Shown here: in pieces, positions 9,752-21,333 of the stretch
Position numbering within the stretch: the first letter of the stretch is position 1
Layout: each line of letters opens with the position of its first letter
Assembly: GCA_963663165.1 (NCBI GenBank)
Contig: OY760175.1
Location: 1,728,001 to 1,792,000, forward strand
Direction of reading: 5' to 3'
DNA: 64,000 nucleotides
From: an uncultured Desulfospira sp.
GTDB lineage: Bacteria > Desulfobacterota > Desulfobacteria > Desulfobacterales > Desulfobacteraceae
Position numbers and translations under genes: made by a program
The notes under the pieces: model-generated
What the model was told of the DNA's origin: nothing
The model's input: the letters and a program-made list of their open reading frames with translations, nothing else
The model's database searches: none

Positions 9752-9944
9752 TTTGATAAACGGGATTATTGATGGGGAAACAAAAAATCATATCATCTGG
9801 GAAATAAGATTAACTCAATAGTTTAATTAGATAAATATAAAATCAAAACATTGTCTTGAGACCAGAATAACAGGTTGCTCACTGGAAACAACTCAATGAG
9901 GATAAATTCATCAAAATTTCTCAAACCCAACAGGAGGCTTTAAA

Positions 9945-11759
9945 ATGGCACAGGTACTTTCCGACAAACGGGATATTGAATTTGTCATGCACGAAATGCT
10001 TAATGCGGGACAAATTGCAGATCTGCATGAAAATTTTACCGATTTTAACAAGAAAACCATTGACCTGATCATCTCCGAGGCCCGGAACTTCGCCGTCAAG
10101 GAACTGCTGCCGGCCAATAAAGAAGGTGACGAACAGGGTTGCACCCTTAACGACGGAAAGGTTACCACCCCGGAACCGTTTAAGCGCCTGTTTGAACTGT
10201 TCACTGAAGGCGAATGGCTGGCCCCCACCGAAGCCGTGGAATGGGGCGGCCAGGGCATGCCAAGGACCGTGGCCTCCCCGGTTCTCGAATATTTTAATGC
10301 GGCCAATTTTCCGTTCATGATGTACGGTGCCCTGACCCAGGGAGCCGGCCACTTGGTGGAAAACTTTGGCACAGATGAGCAGAAAAACACCTATCTTAAA
10401 AACATGTATACCGGCCAGTGGACCGGCACCATGCTGCTCACAGAGCCCGGCGCCGGATCAGATGTCGGGGCACTGACCACCAAGGCCGTTCCCAACGGCG
10501 ACGGCACCTATGCCATCACCGGTGAAAAAATATTTATTTCCGGCGGGGAGCATGATCTGGCTGAAAACATCATTCATCCGGTTTTGGCCAGGATCGAAGG
10601 CGCACCCGAAGGCACCAAGGGGATTTCCCTGTTCCTGGTGCCCAAGTTCCGGGTCAATGAAGACGGCTCTTTAGGGGAATTCAACGATGTGATCTGCACC
10701 GGGATTGAACATAAAATGGGCATCCACGGCAACTCCACCTGTTCCCTTTCTTTAGGCTCCAAGGGCGGCTGCATCGGCACCCTCCTGGGCGAAGAGAACA
10801 AAGGTATGAAGGCCATGTTCCTGATGATGAACGAAGCCCGGCGCCTGGTGGGATTCCAGGGGTTTGCCTGTGCCAGTGCCGCCTATATGTATGCCCTGGA
10901 TTATGCCAGAAACAGAATCCAGGGGAAAAACCTGCTTGAAATGCTCAACCCTGAAGCCAAATCCGTTTCCATCTTCCGGCACCCGGACGTCCGGCGCCAG
11001 CTGATGATGATGAAAACCAACGTGGAAGGCATGAGAACCCTGCTGTACTACGTCCAGTTCTGTGCCGACATGGCCAAATACGCTGATTCCGAGGAAGAAA
11101 AGGCCAAATACCAGGGGTTTGTTGAAATTCTTACCCCCATTGTCAAAGGGTATATCACCGACCGGGCCTTTGAGGTGTGCAGCCAGGGTGTTCAAGTATA
11201 CGGCGGTTACGGCTTTATTGAAGAATACCCCATGGCCCAGCTGCTCAGGGACTGCCGCATCACCCTGATCTACGAGGGGACCAACGGGATCCAGGCCATG
11301 GACCTGTTAGGACGAAAACTTGGCCTGAACAAGGGAAAACCCATCATGGACCTGTTCGGGGAAATGCAAAAAACCATTGCCCAGGCCAAACAGATTCCCG
11401 AGCTTGAAAAATTTGCCGTCAAGGTGGAAGAGGTCATTAACAAACTGGCGGAAGTGGCCCTTCACATGGGGCAGACCGCCATGTCTGAAAAGGTGCTGAC
11501 CGCCTTTGCCAATGCCCATCCCTTCCAGGACGCCACCGGCGACGCCGTCATGGCATGGCTGTTGCTCTGGCGGGCCGTGGTGGCAACCCAGAAACTTGAA
11601 AAGGCCAAGAAAAAGGACAAACCCTTTTACCAGGGGATCATCAAGTCCCTGCAATACGTTGTGGAGACCCAGGCCCCCATCACCTTAGGCCGAATGGCGG
11701 CCCTGATGAACACCAGTGCGGTGGCCCTTGAAATCGAGGACGATATGTTTCCCAGTTAA
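9945..11759 (+). CDS. Acyl-CoA dehydrogenase
   Basis: 604 aa; MLLTEPGAGSDVG, GEKIFIS, EHKMGIHG, QVYGGYGFIEEY, IYEGTNGIQA. Confidence 0.95.
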   Translation: MAQVLSDKRDIEFVMHEMLNAGQIADLHENFTDFNKKTIDLIISEARNFAVKELLPANKEGDEQGCTLNDGKVTTPEPFKRLFELFTEGEWLAPTEAVEWGGQGMPRTVASPVLEYFNAANFPFMMYGALTQGAGHLVENFGTDEQKNTYLKNMYTGQWTGTMLLTEPGAGSDVGALTTKAVPNGDGTYAITGEKIFISGGEHDLAENIIHPVLARIEGAPEGTKGISLFLVPKFRVNEDGSLGEFNDVICTGIEHKMGIHGNSTCSLSLGSKGGCIGTLLGEENKGMKAMFLMMNEARRLVGFQGFACASAAYMYALDYARNRIQGKNLLEMLNPEAKSVSIFRHPDVRRQLMMMKTNVEGMRTLLYYVQFCADMAKYADSEEEKAKYQGFVEILTPIVKGYITDRAFEVCSQGVQVYGGYGFIEEYPMAQLLRDCRITLIYEGTNGIQAMDLLGRKLGLNKGKPIMDLFGEMQKTIAQAKQIPELEKFAVKVEEVINKLAEVALHMGQTAMSEKVLTAFANAHPFQDATGDAVMAWLLLWRAVVATQKLEKAKKKDKPFYQGIIKSLQYVVETQAPITLGRMAALMNTSAVALEIEDDMFPS

Positions 11760-11802
11760 TAATTAAACGGAGACCGGATTTGCAGTTCCCTCTGGTTGTG
11801 GC

Positions 11803-11855
11803 GTAGGAGCGGGCCATGCCCGCGATCCGATCGCGGGCATGGCCCGCGCTCCTAC
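11803..11855. repeat. GTAG-type REP doublet (hairpin)
   Basis: GTAGGAGCGGGCCATGCCCGCGAT-CCG-ATCGCGGGCATGGCCCGCGCTCCTAC. Confidence 0.8.
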
Positions 11856-12130
11856 AGGGTTGGTTTTCTTGCCCTTGTTCAAACTATTCAGAGCAAGATG
11901 CTAATCCCCGAATTTGCTATCTGGTCTCCTGTCTCCATTTTTCAATACCATTCCCCCTGATATTTTCCTTGACCCAAGCATCCCTTAAGTTTAAAATTCA
12001 GTTTAAGCAGAAACACTTGAAACGGCCTTTCTTATTCCTGTTCATGGCTGGTTTCACTGATCGACTCTTTCCTGTTTCTCTAAGTTAACTTCCAACCTGC
12101 ACAACCGGTTTTAATTAAAGGAGGTGACCC

Positions 12131-13051
12131 ATGAGAATAGCCCCCAAAAAAATTATGTGTGCCGTTGATTTCAGCGAGCATACCGGCCAGGTCCTGACCA
12201 CCGGCAGCGGCCTGGCAAAGGAGTTCGGCTCACAGCTTATCGTGTGCCATGTGTTGTCCAATGTGGTCCTGGTTTCCAGCGCAGGCCAGGCCTATATCGT
12301 TGCCAGAAGAATAGAGGAGGAACAGCGCCAGGAAGTTGAAACCCGCATGGAAAACTTAAAAGAGCTGCTGGACATTCCTTTTCAACCCCTTGTTCTGTCC
12401 GGGCACCCGGCCACTGTCCTGACCCAGACCGCCCTTGAGGAAAAAGTCGATCTGGTGATTGCCGCCACCCACGGCAGGGCCGGCATAAACCGGTTTCTGG
12501 TGGGCTCAGTCACGGACCGGCTGGTCAAAACCCTGGCCTGCCCGCTGATGGTGCTGCCCCCCGGGGGGCCTTCGGACCAGGATGTCCGCCGCCTTCAGAT
12601 AAACCGGATCCTGGTGGGATGCGATTTTTCCAGGGACTCAGCCCTTGCCTTCAACTACGGGTTAAGCCTTGCCCAGGAATTCCAGGCAGATCTTTTTCTG
12701 GCCCATGTCATAAGGTTCCCGGACCGGCTTGAATTTATCAGTGCGGGCAATGACGGCCAGGCCATGCCCGGGTACGATCGCCCAGTGACCGGCACCCTTG
12801 CAAGGATCGAACAAAAACTGTTTGAAATGGTTCCCGAAGACTGCCGGAACTGGTGCACCCCCATTACCGCCGTTCTTGAAGGGGAGCCCTGGTCTGAACT
12901 GATCCGCTTTTCCAAGCAGGAGAACGTAGACCTTATCGTGCTTGGCATTCACGGCCGAAGCCTTTTGGAACAGTTTTTGGTGGGGTCCACCACGGACCGG
13001 GTCATTGGCCGGGGGAAATGTCCGGTACTGGCGGTCAGACAGGAAGCATAA
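12131..13051 (+). CDS. Universal stress protein (tandem USP domains)
   Basis: Two repeats of xxDFS ... DLxVxxxHGR ... LVGSxTDRx. Confidence 0.92.
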   Translation: MRIAPKKIMCAVDFSEHTGQVLTTGSGLAKEFGSQLIVCHVLSNVVLVSSAGQAYIVARRIEEEQRQEVETRMENLKELLDIPFQPLVLSGHPATVLTQTALEEKVDLVIAATHGRAGINRFLVGSVTDRLVKTLACPLMVLPPGGPSDQDVRRLQINRILVGCDFSRDSALAFNYGLSLAQEFQADLFLAHVIRFPDRLEFISAGNDGQAMPGYDRPVTGTLARIEQKLFEMVPEDCRNWCTPITAVLEGEPWSELIRFSKQENVDLIVLGIHGRSLLEQFLVGSTTDRVIGRGKCPVLAVRQEA

Positions 13052-13139
13052 AAAAGGTTTTTCTTCCGGTCAAAAAATGTGGTATATTCCATAAAAGCTA
13101 TAACAACATATCAACATATTTTAATATGGAATAGACAAC

Positions 13140-14204
13140 ATGACCCGTTTCAAAGCCAACAGCTTTGCCCTGCTCATCGGCAGCCTTCCCATGGACGACC
13201 ACAAGGCCGCAACCGACCTTGTTTTTGATCATACCCCCCAGGTCCCCCTGTGGGTCCAGCTTCCTGCGTTCAAAAAGGAAGGCATGATTGAGCAGTTCCT
13301 TTCAGGCCTTCCCGGGCTGACCCGGGAAAAAGACAAATCTTTTTTAGATACCAGCAAGCCGGGCTTTGATGAAGCGTATCTTGCCTTTTATGAAAATTAC
13401 CTGGCCCTGTCTGAGTCTGGTGCTGATTTAAGCGACTCCACCTTTGCCTTTAATCAGGAGAATGGCAAAGGGTTTTTTGAATTTACCCGGCAGGTTGATG
13501 AACGAAAAGGGCCGTTTCATGCCTTAAAAGGCCAGATTACCGGTCCCGTCACCTTTGGCACGGCCGTCAAAGACGAGAATGACCGGGATATTTTCTACAA
13601 TGACCAGTTAAGGGATGCGGCTTTAAAGAAACTGGCCCTGAATGCGAAATGGCAGACCCGGGAACTTGGCAAACGGGCTGAAGTTCCAATTTTGTTCATG
13701 GACGAACCGGCCCTGGCGGGATTCGGTACATCCGCCTATATCACCATCACCCAGAAGGATGTGGTTGACAGTTTAGAAGAAATTGCCACGGAAATCCATG
13801 CTGAGAACGGCCTTGCCGGGGTTCATGTCTGCGCCAATACCGAGTGGGATATGCTCCTCACCGCCAATATCGACATCATATCCTTTGACGCATTTTCCTA
13901 TTTTGACCGGTTCATTCTCTACCCGGACCAGATCAGATCCTTTTTTGGCAAAGGCGGTATTCTGGCCTGGGGGATTGTTCCCACAGACAACGCCGACCTC
14001 ATTGCCGACCAGACCAAAGAAGGGTTAACGCAAAAGCTCCAAGACCAGATTCAGCAGGTGGTTGATCTGGGGATTTCCCGGGAAACCGTCTTAGAGCAGA
14101 TGTTTGTCACGCCCAGCTGCGGTACCGGATCATTGGATTTTGGCTCGGCCAAAAAGGTGCTGACACTGACCCGGGAAGTTTCTGAAGCCATCAGAACCGT
14201 TTAA
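13140..14204 (+). CDS. Cobalamin-independent methionine synthase catalytic-domain-like (UROD/MetE superfamily) protein
   Basis: KGQITGPVT, MDEPAL, GVHVCAN and TPSCG Zn-ligand motifs. Confidence 0.75.
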   Translation: MTRFKANSFALLIGSLPMDDHKAATDLVFDHTPQVPLWVQLPAFKKEGMIEQFLSGLPGLTREKDKSFLDTSKPGFDEAYLAFYENYLALSESGADLSDSTFAFNQENGKGFFEFTRQVDERKGPFHALKGQITGPVTFGTAVKDENDRDIFYNDQLRDAALKKLALNAKWQTRELGKRAEVPILFMDEPALAGFGTSAYITITQKDVVDSLEEIATEIHAENGLAGVHVCANTEWDMLLTANIDIISFDAFSYFDRFILYPDQIRSFFGKGGILAWGIVPTDNADLIADQTKEGLTQKLQDQIQQVVDLGISRETVLEQMFVTPSCGTGSLDFGSAKKVLTLTREVSEAIRTV

Positions 14205-14214
14205 AATGAAAAAA

Positions 14215-14874
14215 TCAGTTCTCTTTTAACGCCTCAGCCTTAAAATCGGCCTGTCCCCGGTCTTTATTTTGAAAGTAGCCGGGGTAGGCCTTAATCGAAT
14301 CTGCCATGATCCGTTCAAAGGGAAGATCGGCAAAGGTGCCGTGGTCCCGGACATACTCCATATGCCGGTTTCCCCTGGCGTCAAAGGGATGAAAGATGGA
14401 GTCACTGATGCCGTCAAACTCCAGGGGCTTAACCTTAAAAGCCTTACAGAGGCTTAAGTTAAATGCCGGGGTGGCCTTGACCCATTGGCCTTCCAGAAAA
14501 ACATCAGTATACCCGTGCCAGATAAAGAGGTCTGTTTGCATTAAGGCTTTCAAACGGCCGGTAACCAGGTGGTTTTTCACATCGGCAAAGCCCAGGCGGG
14601 CCGGAATCCCAAGACTTCTCAAACAGGCGGCTAACAGCACGGCCTTGGCCACACAATACCCCTCTTTTTTTTCCAGAATCCGGCTTGCCCGCATATTTTC
14701 TTTTGCCTGGTCCATCCCATAAGGGTTATAGCGGATCTGATCCCTGACCCCGTAATAGATGGCCACGGCCCGGTCCGTATCGGTTTGTTTGCCCTTGGAA
14801 ACCTTTTGGGAGAATGCCCGAATTTTTGGGTGGTCCTTTTCAATAAAATAGGTGGCCTTTAAGTACGCTTCCAT
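14215..14874 (-). CDS. Transglutaminase-like family protein
   Basis: GYCVAKAVLLAACLRSLGIPARLGFADV..HL, WHGY, WVKATP. Confidence 0.88.
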   Translation of the reverse strand: MEAYLKATYFIEKDHPKIRAFSQKVSKGKQTDTDRAVAIYYGVRDQIRYNPYGMDQAKENMRASRILEKKEGYCVAKAVLLAACLRSLGIPARLGFADVKNHLVTGRLKALMQTDLFIWHGYTDVFLEGQWVKATPAFNLSLCKAFKVKPLEFDGISDSIFHPFDARGNRHMEYVRDHGTFADLPFERIMADSIKAYPGYFQNKDRGQADFKAEALKEN

Positions 14875-15161
14875 TTTTTTGCCCCTTTCATCCGGGCTGT
14901 TTTGTAAACTGACGTGCCTCTATTGAGCCGCCCGAACATGGATTTTCGCCCAACTGTCCAATAAGATGGCCTGGTTTTACCTATACTCAAAATCCCCTGG
15001 ATGAACAAGGTACTTCTAAAAGATACAACCTTTTTACAATGGGCCGGCCCTCTTCCCATAAGCCCCATGGGCAAATTTACGCTAAAAATTATGCCTCAGC
15101 TTGAAATAGTGGTATACTTTTTTTAGTCCCAACCCAATTGGTATGCTGATTAAAGGAAAAA

Positions 15162-15653
15162 GTGATGACCGAATATCGAAAACTTGAACATGTTGATATG
15201 GACTGTTTTGCCTGCGGCCCGGAAAATCCCCACGGACTGCACATGACCTTTGAAACCAACGGGGAAGCCCTTAGATCCACGGTAACCATCCCATCCTACC
15301 TGAGGGGTTGGCACAACCTGGTCCACGGGGGAATTTTGTCCACCATCTGCGATGAGGTCATGTCCTGGGCCGCCATCTACTTAACCCAGCGGTTTATCCT
15401 CACCCGGGGCCTGAATGTCCGCTACCTGAAGCCGGTTACCATTGGTGAGACGGTCACGGCCACAGGGTTTATCAAAGAACGAATCGACAAGCGAAATGCC
15501 GTTGTCTGTGCTGAAATTAAAAATGAAAAAGGGGAGCTTTGCACCACAAGCCAGGGGGATTTTGCCCTGTTTTCCCCGGAGAATTTCCGAAAACTCAACA
15601 TCATGCCGGAAAATTTGATTGATGAGATGTTGGCAACCTTTGAGGATTTCTAA
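15162..15653 (+). CDS. PaaI-family thioesterase
   Basis: CFACGPENPHGL, HGGILSTICDE. Confidence 0.9.
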   Translation: MMTEYRKLEHVDMDCFACGPENPHGLHMTFETNGEALRSTVTIPSYLRGWHNLVHGGILSTICDEVMSWAAIYLTQRFILTRGLNVRYLKPVTIGETVTATGFIKERIDKRNAVVCAEIKNEKGELCTTSQGDFALFSPENFRKLNIMPENLIDEMLATFEDF

Positions 15654-15665
15654 ACCGTAAGGATA

Positions 15666-16361
15666 ATGAATTCAACAAAAAAATCACCATCTCCCCGGGG
15701 AAGACAAACCCGGAAAAATGTTCTAAGGATTCTTAAATTTTCAGACAAAGAACAGGCCTTAGAACGTCTGGCCCAAATCCCCGATGAACAGCTGGTGGCC
15801 CACCTGTTCTCCCATTTTTACCGGGGAGACGAGCTGGTCAAGTTTCGAAGCGCGGCCGCCATGGGAGAACTGGTCAGCCGGATGGCGGCCCAAAGCATGG
15901 AAAAAGCCCGGATTGTACTGCGAAGAATCATGTGGAACCTGAACGATGAATCCGGCGGCATCGGCTGGGGATCGCCTGAGGCCATGGGGGAGATTCTATC
16001 CCGGAACCCTGCGCTTGCCGCTGATTTTAAGTCTATTTTGTTTTCCTATCTGGATGACAAAGGCAACTTTATTGAACATGAACTGCTTCAGCAAGGGGTC
16101 CTGTGGGGGGTGGGGACCTATCTTAAAACAAGTCCCAAGGATCTGGATAAGACAACCCAAAAAATTCTTGAAAATTTCCTGACATCACCGGACCCGGTCA
16201 AACGGGCCTATGCCCTTCGTGCCCTTGTGAACGCCGGGCAACCCCTGGAAACGGCTGCTTTAGAAAAGCTTAAAGGCGACGGTACCCGTGTGGATATCTT
16301 CAATGGCTGGGATTTTGAAAACAGCCGGATCTGCGATATGGTTCCGGAAAATCCGGCCTGA
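15666..16361 (+). CDS. DVU0298-like HEAT-repeat protein
   Basis: RRIMWNLNDESGGIGWGSPEAMGEI signature. Confidence 0.75.
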   Translation: MNSTKKSPSPRGRQTRKNVLRILKFSDKEQALERLAQIPDEQLVAHLFSHFYRGDELVKFRSAAAMGELVSRMAAQSMEKARIVLRRIMWNLNDESGGIGWGSPEAMGEILSRNPALAADFKSILFSYLDDKGNFIEHELLQQGVLWGVGTYLKTSPKDLDKTTQKILENFLTSPDPVKRAYALRALVNAGQPLETAALEKLKGDGTRVDIFNGWDFENSRICDMVPENPA

Positions 16362-16371
16362 TCCGGCAGCG

Positions 16372-16872
16372 TTAAGATTCATCCTCGCTGGTGGATTCAT
16401 CGGTTGTGGTGGTATCTTCATCGGTTTCCTCGGTGGTGGTGTCATCTTCGCTTTCATCTTCCTCACCGCTGATGGCCGAAATCGTAGTACTGCTGGAGTC
16501 TGTGTCGGTGAAAATTTCCTCAAAGGTGTCCGGATCCGACGTGGCCAGTTCTTCGGCCTGTCCTAAGGCATCCAGGATAGTGAGGGTGTCGTACCCTTCT
16601 GCCTGAAGCTGGGAGGCAAAGGCCCAGACATTGGTAATGGCTTCCTCGGATATGCCCGATTCTTCAGCAGCCTTGACAACGGCGCTGGCAGCCGCTGAAA
16701 TGGATGAAAGGGTACAGATATCGGTCTGGGAGGAACACAGGGTTTCTGTGAAACTCGCGATGGATGTATCGCCGGACAGGAGGATGGATACTGAATTGGC
16801 CTTGGCCTCAATCATCTGCGAGCCAACAGTGCTGTACTGGGATAAAACCGAACTGCTGATGGAACTTGTCAT
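16372..16872 (-). CDS. Hypothetical Ser/Thr/acidic-rich protein
   Basis: ATG 16872 with AGGAGG RBS; fills the gap between flanking genes; low-complexity acidic tail. Confidence 0.65.
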   Translation of the reverse strand: MTSSISSSVLSQYSTVGSQMIEAKANSVSILLSGDTSIASFTETLCSSQTDICTLSSISAAASAVVKAAEESGISEEAITNVWAFASQLQAEGYDTLTILDALGQAEELATSDPDTFEEIFTDTDSSSTTISAISGEEDESEDDTTTEETDEDTTTTDESTSEDES

Positions 16873-16971
16873 GGGACCCTCCTGACGGATGTAATTTATT
16901 GCTCAACTACATCATCGGCAGATTTGATCAAAAAATTAGAGGAAAAGAAATTCTTCATATTCTCCACACAT

Positions 16972-18423
16972 TCAAATTCCGCCCATGCACAAATATTTAA
17001 TCTCAAGGTAATCGTCCATCCCATATTTTGACCCTTCCCGGCCGTTTCCTGACGCCTTGATGCCGCCAAAGGGGGCGGCCTCATTGGAAATAATACCCTC
17101 GTTGATGCCGACGATGCCGTATTCAAGCCCTTCGGCCACCCGCCAGACCCGGCCAATGTCCCGGGCGTAAAAGTAGCCGGCCAGGCCAAATTCCGTATCA
17201 TTGGCCATTTTTATGGCCTCTTCTTCGGTATCAAACTTTAATACCGGGGCCACCGGCCCGAAAATTTCCTCTTTAAAGACCCGCATTGAAGGGGTGACCC
17301 CGGTTAAAACAGTGGGCTCAAAAAAGCAGACCCCCAGTTCCGAGGGCTTTCCGCCCAGAACCGCCGTTGCCCCTTTTTCAAGGGCGTCTTCCACCATTTG
17401 GGCCACATTGGCCACAGCTGAAGTGGTAATCATGGGCCCCACAGCTACCCCTTCCTGGGTTCCGGGACCCATCTTCAACGCTTTAACTGCAGCCACCAGT
17501 TTTTTCACAAACGCATCATAAATCCCTGACTGGACAATCAAACGGTTGGAGCAGACACAGGTCTGGCCGGCATTCCGGTATTTGCTGGCCACAGTCCCTT
17601 TGACGGCTTCATCAAGATCCGCATCATCAAACACAATAAAGGGGGCATTGCCCCCCAGTTCCATGGAGGTTTTTTTTACAGTGTCGGCGCAGGCCCGGAT
17701 CAGTTGACTTCCGACCGCTGTAGAGCCCGTAAAAGCAAGCTTTCGGACAACGGGATTCGAGGCCAGTTCGTCCCCGATGGCATCGGTGGCCCCGGCCACG
17801 ATGTTGATCACCCCGGAAGGAATCCCTGCCCTGTGGGCCAGTTCCCCCAGGGCCAGGGCCGATAAGGGGGTAGCCGTGGCAGGCTTGCAGACCACGGTAC
17901 ACCCTGCAGCCAGGGCCGGGGCAATTTTGCGGGTCAGCATGGCATTGGGAAAATTCCAGGGGGTGATGCAGGCCACCACGCCGACCGGCTGTTTGATACA
18001 GACAATCCGCTTGTCCTTTGAAGGTCCTGGAATGGTATCCCCGTAAATGCGCCGGGCCTCTTCTGCAAACCAGCGGATGTAGGATGCCCCGTACCGGATC
18101 TCACCGGCCGCCTCGGCCAGGGGTTTGCCCTGTTCGGCCGTTAAAATCCAGGCCAGATCGTCCACATGGGCCATGACCTGTTCATACCACTTCATCAACA
18201 GGTCCGATCTTTCAAGGGCCGTCAAGGCTTTAAAGGAAGCAAAGGCCCTGTCGGCGGCCTCAATGGCCCTGCGGGTTTCAGCCCCGCCGCACCGGGCCAC
18301 CGAAGCAATGGTCTTTCCGGTGGCCGGGTTGGTCACGTCAAACAGACTGCCATCATCACTGTCCATCCACTGGCCATCCACATAGGCCCCTGTTTTCAAC
18401 AAGCCCTTATCCCTTAATTCCAT
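16972..18423 (-). CDS. gabD: NAD(P)-dependent succinate-semialdehyde dehydrogenase
   Basis: ITPWNFP, FTGST, MELGGNAP, RNAGQTCVC, EEIFGP, GREGSKYG. Confidence 0.92.
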   Translation of the reverse strand: MELRDKGLLKTGAYVDGQWMDSDDGSLFDVTNPATGKTIASVARCGGAETRRAIEAADRAFASFKALTALERSDLLMKWYEQVMAHVDDLAWILTAEQGKPLAEAAGEIRYGASYIRWFAEEARRIYGDTIPGPSKDKRIVCIKQPVGVVACITPWNFPNAMLTRKIAPALAAGCTVVCKPATATPLSALALGELAHRAGIPSGVINIVAGATDAIGDELASNPVVRKLAFTGSTAVGSQLIRACADTVKKTSMELGGNAPFIVFDDADLDEAVKGTVASKYRNAGQTCVCSNRLIVQSGIYDAFVKKLVAAVKALKMGPGTQEGVAVGPMITTSAVANVAQMVEDALEKGATAVLGGKPSELGVCFFEPTVLTGVTPSMRVFKEEIFGPVAPVLKFDTEEEAIKMANDTEFGLAGYFYARDIGRVWRVAEGLEYGIVGINEGIISNEAAPFGGIKASGNGREGSKYGMDDYLEIKYLCMGGI

Positions 18424-18459
18424 TGCCTTAAGTTTCCTTCCTTTAATAATGATTCAGCC

Positions 18460-18540
18460 CCCACCGGCCCACCGGCCCACTTTCTCACTTTCTCACTTTC
18501 TCACTTTCCCACTTTCCCACTTTCCCTTCAGCCTTCAGCC
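18460..18540. repeat. Short tandem repeats (8-mers CCACCGGC and YCACTTTC, 7-mer CCTTCAG)
   Basis: Seen directly in the gabD-clpB intergenic region. Confidence 0.8.
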
Positions 18541-21131
18541 TATCGACCTAATTTCAAATGCTCGCCTGAGGGATCCGCCGTAAACCGAATCACATCCCCT
18601 TTGGTAAACTCTCCTTTAAGCAATGCCATAGACAACGGATTTTCAATTTCCCGCTGGATCATCCGTTTCAAAGGCCTTGCACCGAATCCCGGATCATACC
18701 CGTTCTGGGCCAGCCAGTCCATGGCTGCGTCATCCAGGTTAACCTCAAGATTCCGGGATCTTAACCGCTTGTTCAGGCCGTTGATCTGGATTTTGGCAAT
18801 ATCCTGAATATCTTCCCGGCTCAGGGCATGGAAGGTAATGATCTCGTCAATCCGGTTAAGAAACTCGGGTCTGAACGCCTGTTTTAATGCCTGAGTGACC
18901 CCTTCCTGCCGGTCGGACTCAGACAGGGTGGCATCTTCGCCGGCCGCCTGGATAAACCGGGACCCCACATTGGAGGTCATGATGATAATGGTGTTTCTAA
19001 AATCCACGGTCCGCCCCTGTCCGTCGGTCATCCTTCCGTCGTCCAGCACCTGGAGCAGCACGTTAAACACATCGGGATGGGCCTTTTCAATCTCGTCAAA
19101 CAGGATCACCGAATAGGGCCGCCGTCTCACCGACTCGGTCAGATAACCGCCTTCATCATATCCCACATATCCGGGAGGGGCACCAATCAGCCTTGCCACC
19201 GAGTGTTTTTCCATGTACTCGGACATGTCCACCCTGACCATGGCCTGGTCGCTGTCAAACATAAATTCAGCCAAAGACTTGGCAAGCTCGGTCTTGCCCA
19301 CGCCCGTGGGTCCCATGAAGATAAAGGTCCCGATGGGCCGGTCTTCGGGCTGAAGCCCGGATCTTGCCCGTCTGACGGCATTGGATACGGCGTCAATGGC
19401 GGTCTTCTGGCCAATGACCCGTTTCTGGATATAGGATTCCATGGCCACCAGTTTTTCCTGCTCGCCCTGGAGCATCTTGGATACCGGAATCCCGGTCCAG
19501 GAAGAGACCACCTCTGCCACGTCAGCTTCTTCCACGTCCTCCCGGAGCATCTTCCGGTTTTCCTGGAGGCGGTTCAGCTCCTGCTTCTTGGCTTCAATCC
19601 GTTTTTTTAATTCTTCAATGGTGCCGTACCGGATCTGGGCCACTTTTTCAAGGTCCCCGCTGCGTTCGGCCATCTGGGCCTGGGTCTGGGCCCGGTCTAC
19701 ATCTTCCCTTAACCCGGAAATCTCCTGGATCAGGGATTTTTCATTATCCCAGTGAAGTTTTAAGGGACCCATCTCCTCCTGCATGGCCGCGATCTGCCGT
19801 TCAAGAACTTCGAGCCGTTCTTTTGAGGCGGCATCCTTTTCCTTTACCAGGGCCTGGCGCTCAATCTGGGCCTGGGTGATTTTACGCTGAATCTCGTCAA
19901 TGGCCCGGGGCATGGAGTCGATCTCAATCCGAAGCCTTGAGGCACACTCATCAATCAAGTCCACGGCCTTATCCGGCAAAAACCGGTCGGCAATGTACCG
20001 GTTGGACAGGGTGGCGGCCGCCACGATGGCCGAGTCTTTGATCCTTATGCCGTGGTGGACCTCGTATTTTTCCTTAAGTCCCCTTAAAATGGAGATGGTA
20101 TCCGCCACGGTGGGCTCCTTGGCCATGACCGGCTGGAACCGCCGTTCTAAGGCGGCATCCTTTTCAATATACTTTCGGTACTCGTCCAGGGTGGTGGCGC
20201 CCACGCATCTTAAGGTGCCTCTGGCCAGGGCCGGCTTGAGCATGTTGGAGGCATCTACGGAGCCTTCGGCGGCACCGGCGCCCACGACGGTATGAAGCTC
20301 GTCAATAAAGAGGACCACTTCCCCTTCAGCCGCTTCCACCTCCTTTAAAACCGCCTTTAACCGGTCTTCAAACTCGCCCCTGAACTTGGCACCGGCCAGC
20401 AAGGCCCCCATATCCAGGGCAATCACCCGCCTGTTTTTCAAGCTGTCGGACACATCGCCTTCCACGATTCTCTGGGCCAAGCCTTCCACAATGGCAGTTT
20501 TTCCCACCCCGGGATCACCGATGAGAACCGGGTTGTTCTTCCGTCTGCGGGACAGCACCTGGACAATCCTTCGGATTTCCTCATCCCGTCCGATCACCGG
20601 ATCCAGTTTGCCGGACCGGGCAAGGTCGGTGAGGTCTCTGCCGAATTTTTCCAGGGCCTGGTACTTTTCTTCCGGGTTCTGGTCAGTGACGGTCTGATTT
20701 CCCCGGATATCCTTTAACACGGACAAAATCGCCTCCCGGGTAACCCCGGCCCCTGACAGGATATCCCGGGTCTCCCCTTTCTGGCCGGCAAGGGAAAGGA
20801 AAATGTGTTCTAAACTGACATACTGGTCCTTCATCTTTGAGGCTTCATCAAATGCCAGGTCCAGAATTTTCTTGCCGTCCCGGGAAAGGTACAGATCCGC
20901 CCCCCCGGACACCGTGGGCTTTTTCCCAAGGCCCTCATCAACGGCCCGGTTCAGGGACGCTGTGTCCACCCCGATTTTTTTTAAGATGGAAACCGCCACC
21001 CCCTGATGATCCCCGAGCATGGCTTTAAGGAAATGAATGGGGTCAATGGTCGGATGATGGGCACCCGATGCCAGATCGTGGGCTGCTTGAACCAGTTCCT
21101 GGGACTTTACCGTGAGCTTGTCATATTTCAT
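18540..21131 (-). CDS. clpB: ATP-dependent chaperone ClpB
   Basis: 863 aa; two AAA+ modules ([16 protein letters not shown]), coiled-coil middle domain, GAPPGYVGY. Confidence 0.97.
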   Translation of the reverse strand: MKYDKLTVKSQELVQAAHDLASGAHHPTIDPIHFLKAMLGDHQGVAVSILKKIGVDTASLNRAVDEGLGKKPTVSGGADLYLSRDGKKILDLAFDEASKMKDQYVSLEHIFLSLAGQKGETRDILSGAGVTREAILSVLKDIRGNQTVTDQNPEEKYQALEKFGRDLTDLARSGKLDPVIGRDEEIRRIVQVLSRRRKNNPVLIGDPGVGKTAIVEGLAQRIVEGDVSDSLKNRRVIALDMGALLAGAKFRGEFEDRLKAVLKEVEAAEGEVVLFIDELHTVVGAGAAEGSVDASNMLKPALARGTLRCVGATTLDEYRKYIEKDAALERRFQPVMAKEPTVADTISILRGLKEKYEVHHGIRIKDSAIVAAATLSNRYIADRFLPDKAVDLIDECASRLRIEIDSMPRAIDEIQRKITQAQIERQALVKEKDAASKERLEVLERQIAAMQEEMGPLKLHWDNEKSLIQEISGLREDVDRAQTQAQMAERSGDLEKVAQIRYGTIEELKKRIEAKKQELNRLQENRKMLREDVEEADVAEVVSSWTGIPVSKMLQGEQEKLVAMESYIQKRVIGQKTAIDAVSNAVRRARSGLQPEDRPIGTFIFMGPTGVGKTELAKSLAEFMFDSDQAMVRVDMSEYMEKHSVARLIGAPPGYVGYDEGGYLTESVRRRPYSVILFDEIEKAHPDVFNVLLQVLDDGRMTDGQGRTVDFRNTIIIMTSNVGSRFIQAAGEDATLSESDRQEGVTQALKQAFRPEFLNRIDEIITFHALSREDIQDIAKIQINGLNKRLRSRNLEVNLDDAAMDWLAQNGYDPGFGARPLKRMIQREIENPLSMALLKGEFTKGDVIRFTADPSGEHLKLGR

Positions 21132-21333
21132 TTATTTTTCCTTTTCATTATCATTTTCAGTTTATAACAAAAAGTAATGCGATTTGGACCTTGGTCAAGC
21201 CACGCTGAAAAATAAATTTACATTATCCCAAACCAATGCCATTAACTTAAGAGTTTTCATCACTATAAATTGGAACGGCTCTTATTAACATCATGAAGTG
21301 CACATCTCCCAATGCCTGACCCTGTCCGTTACT

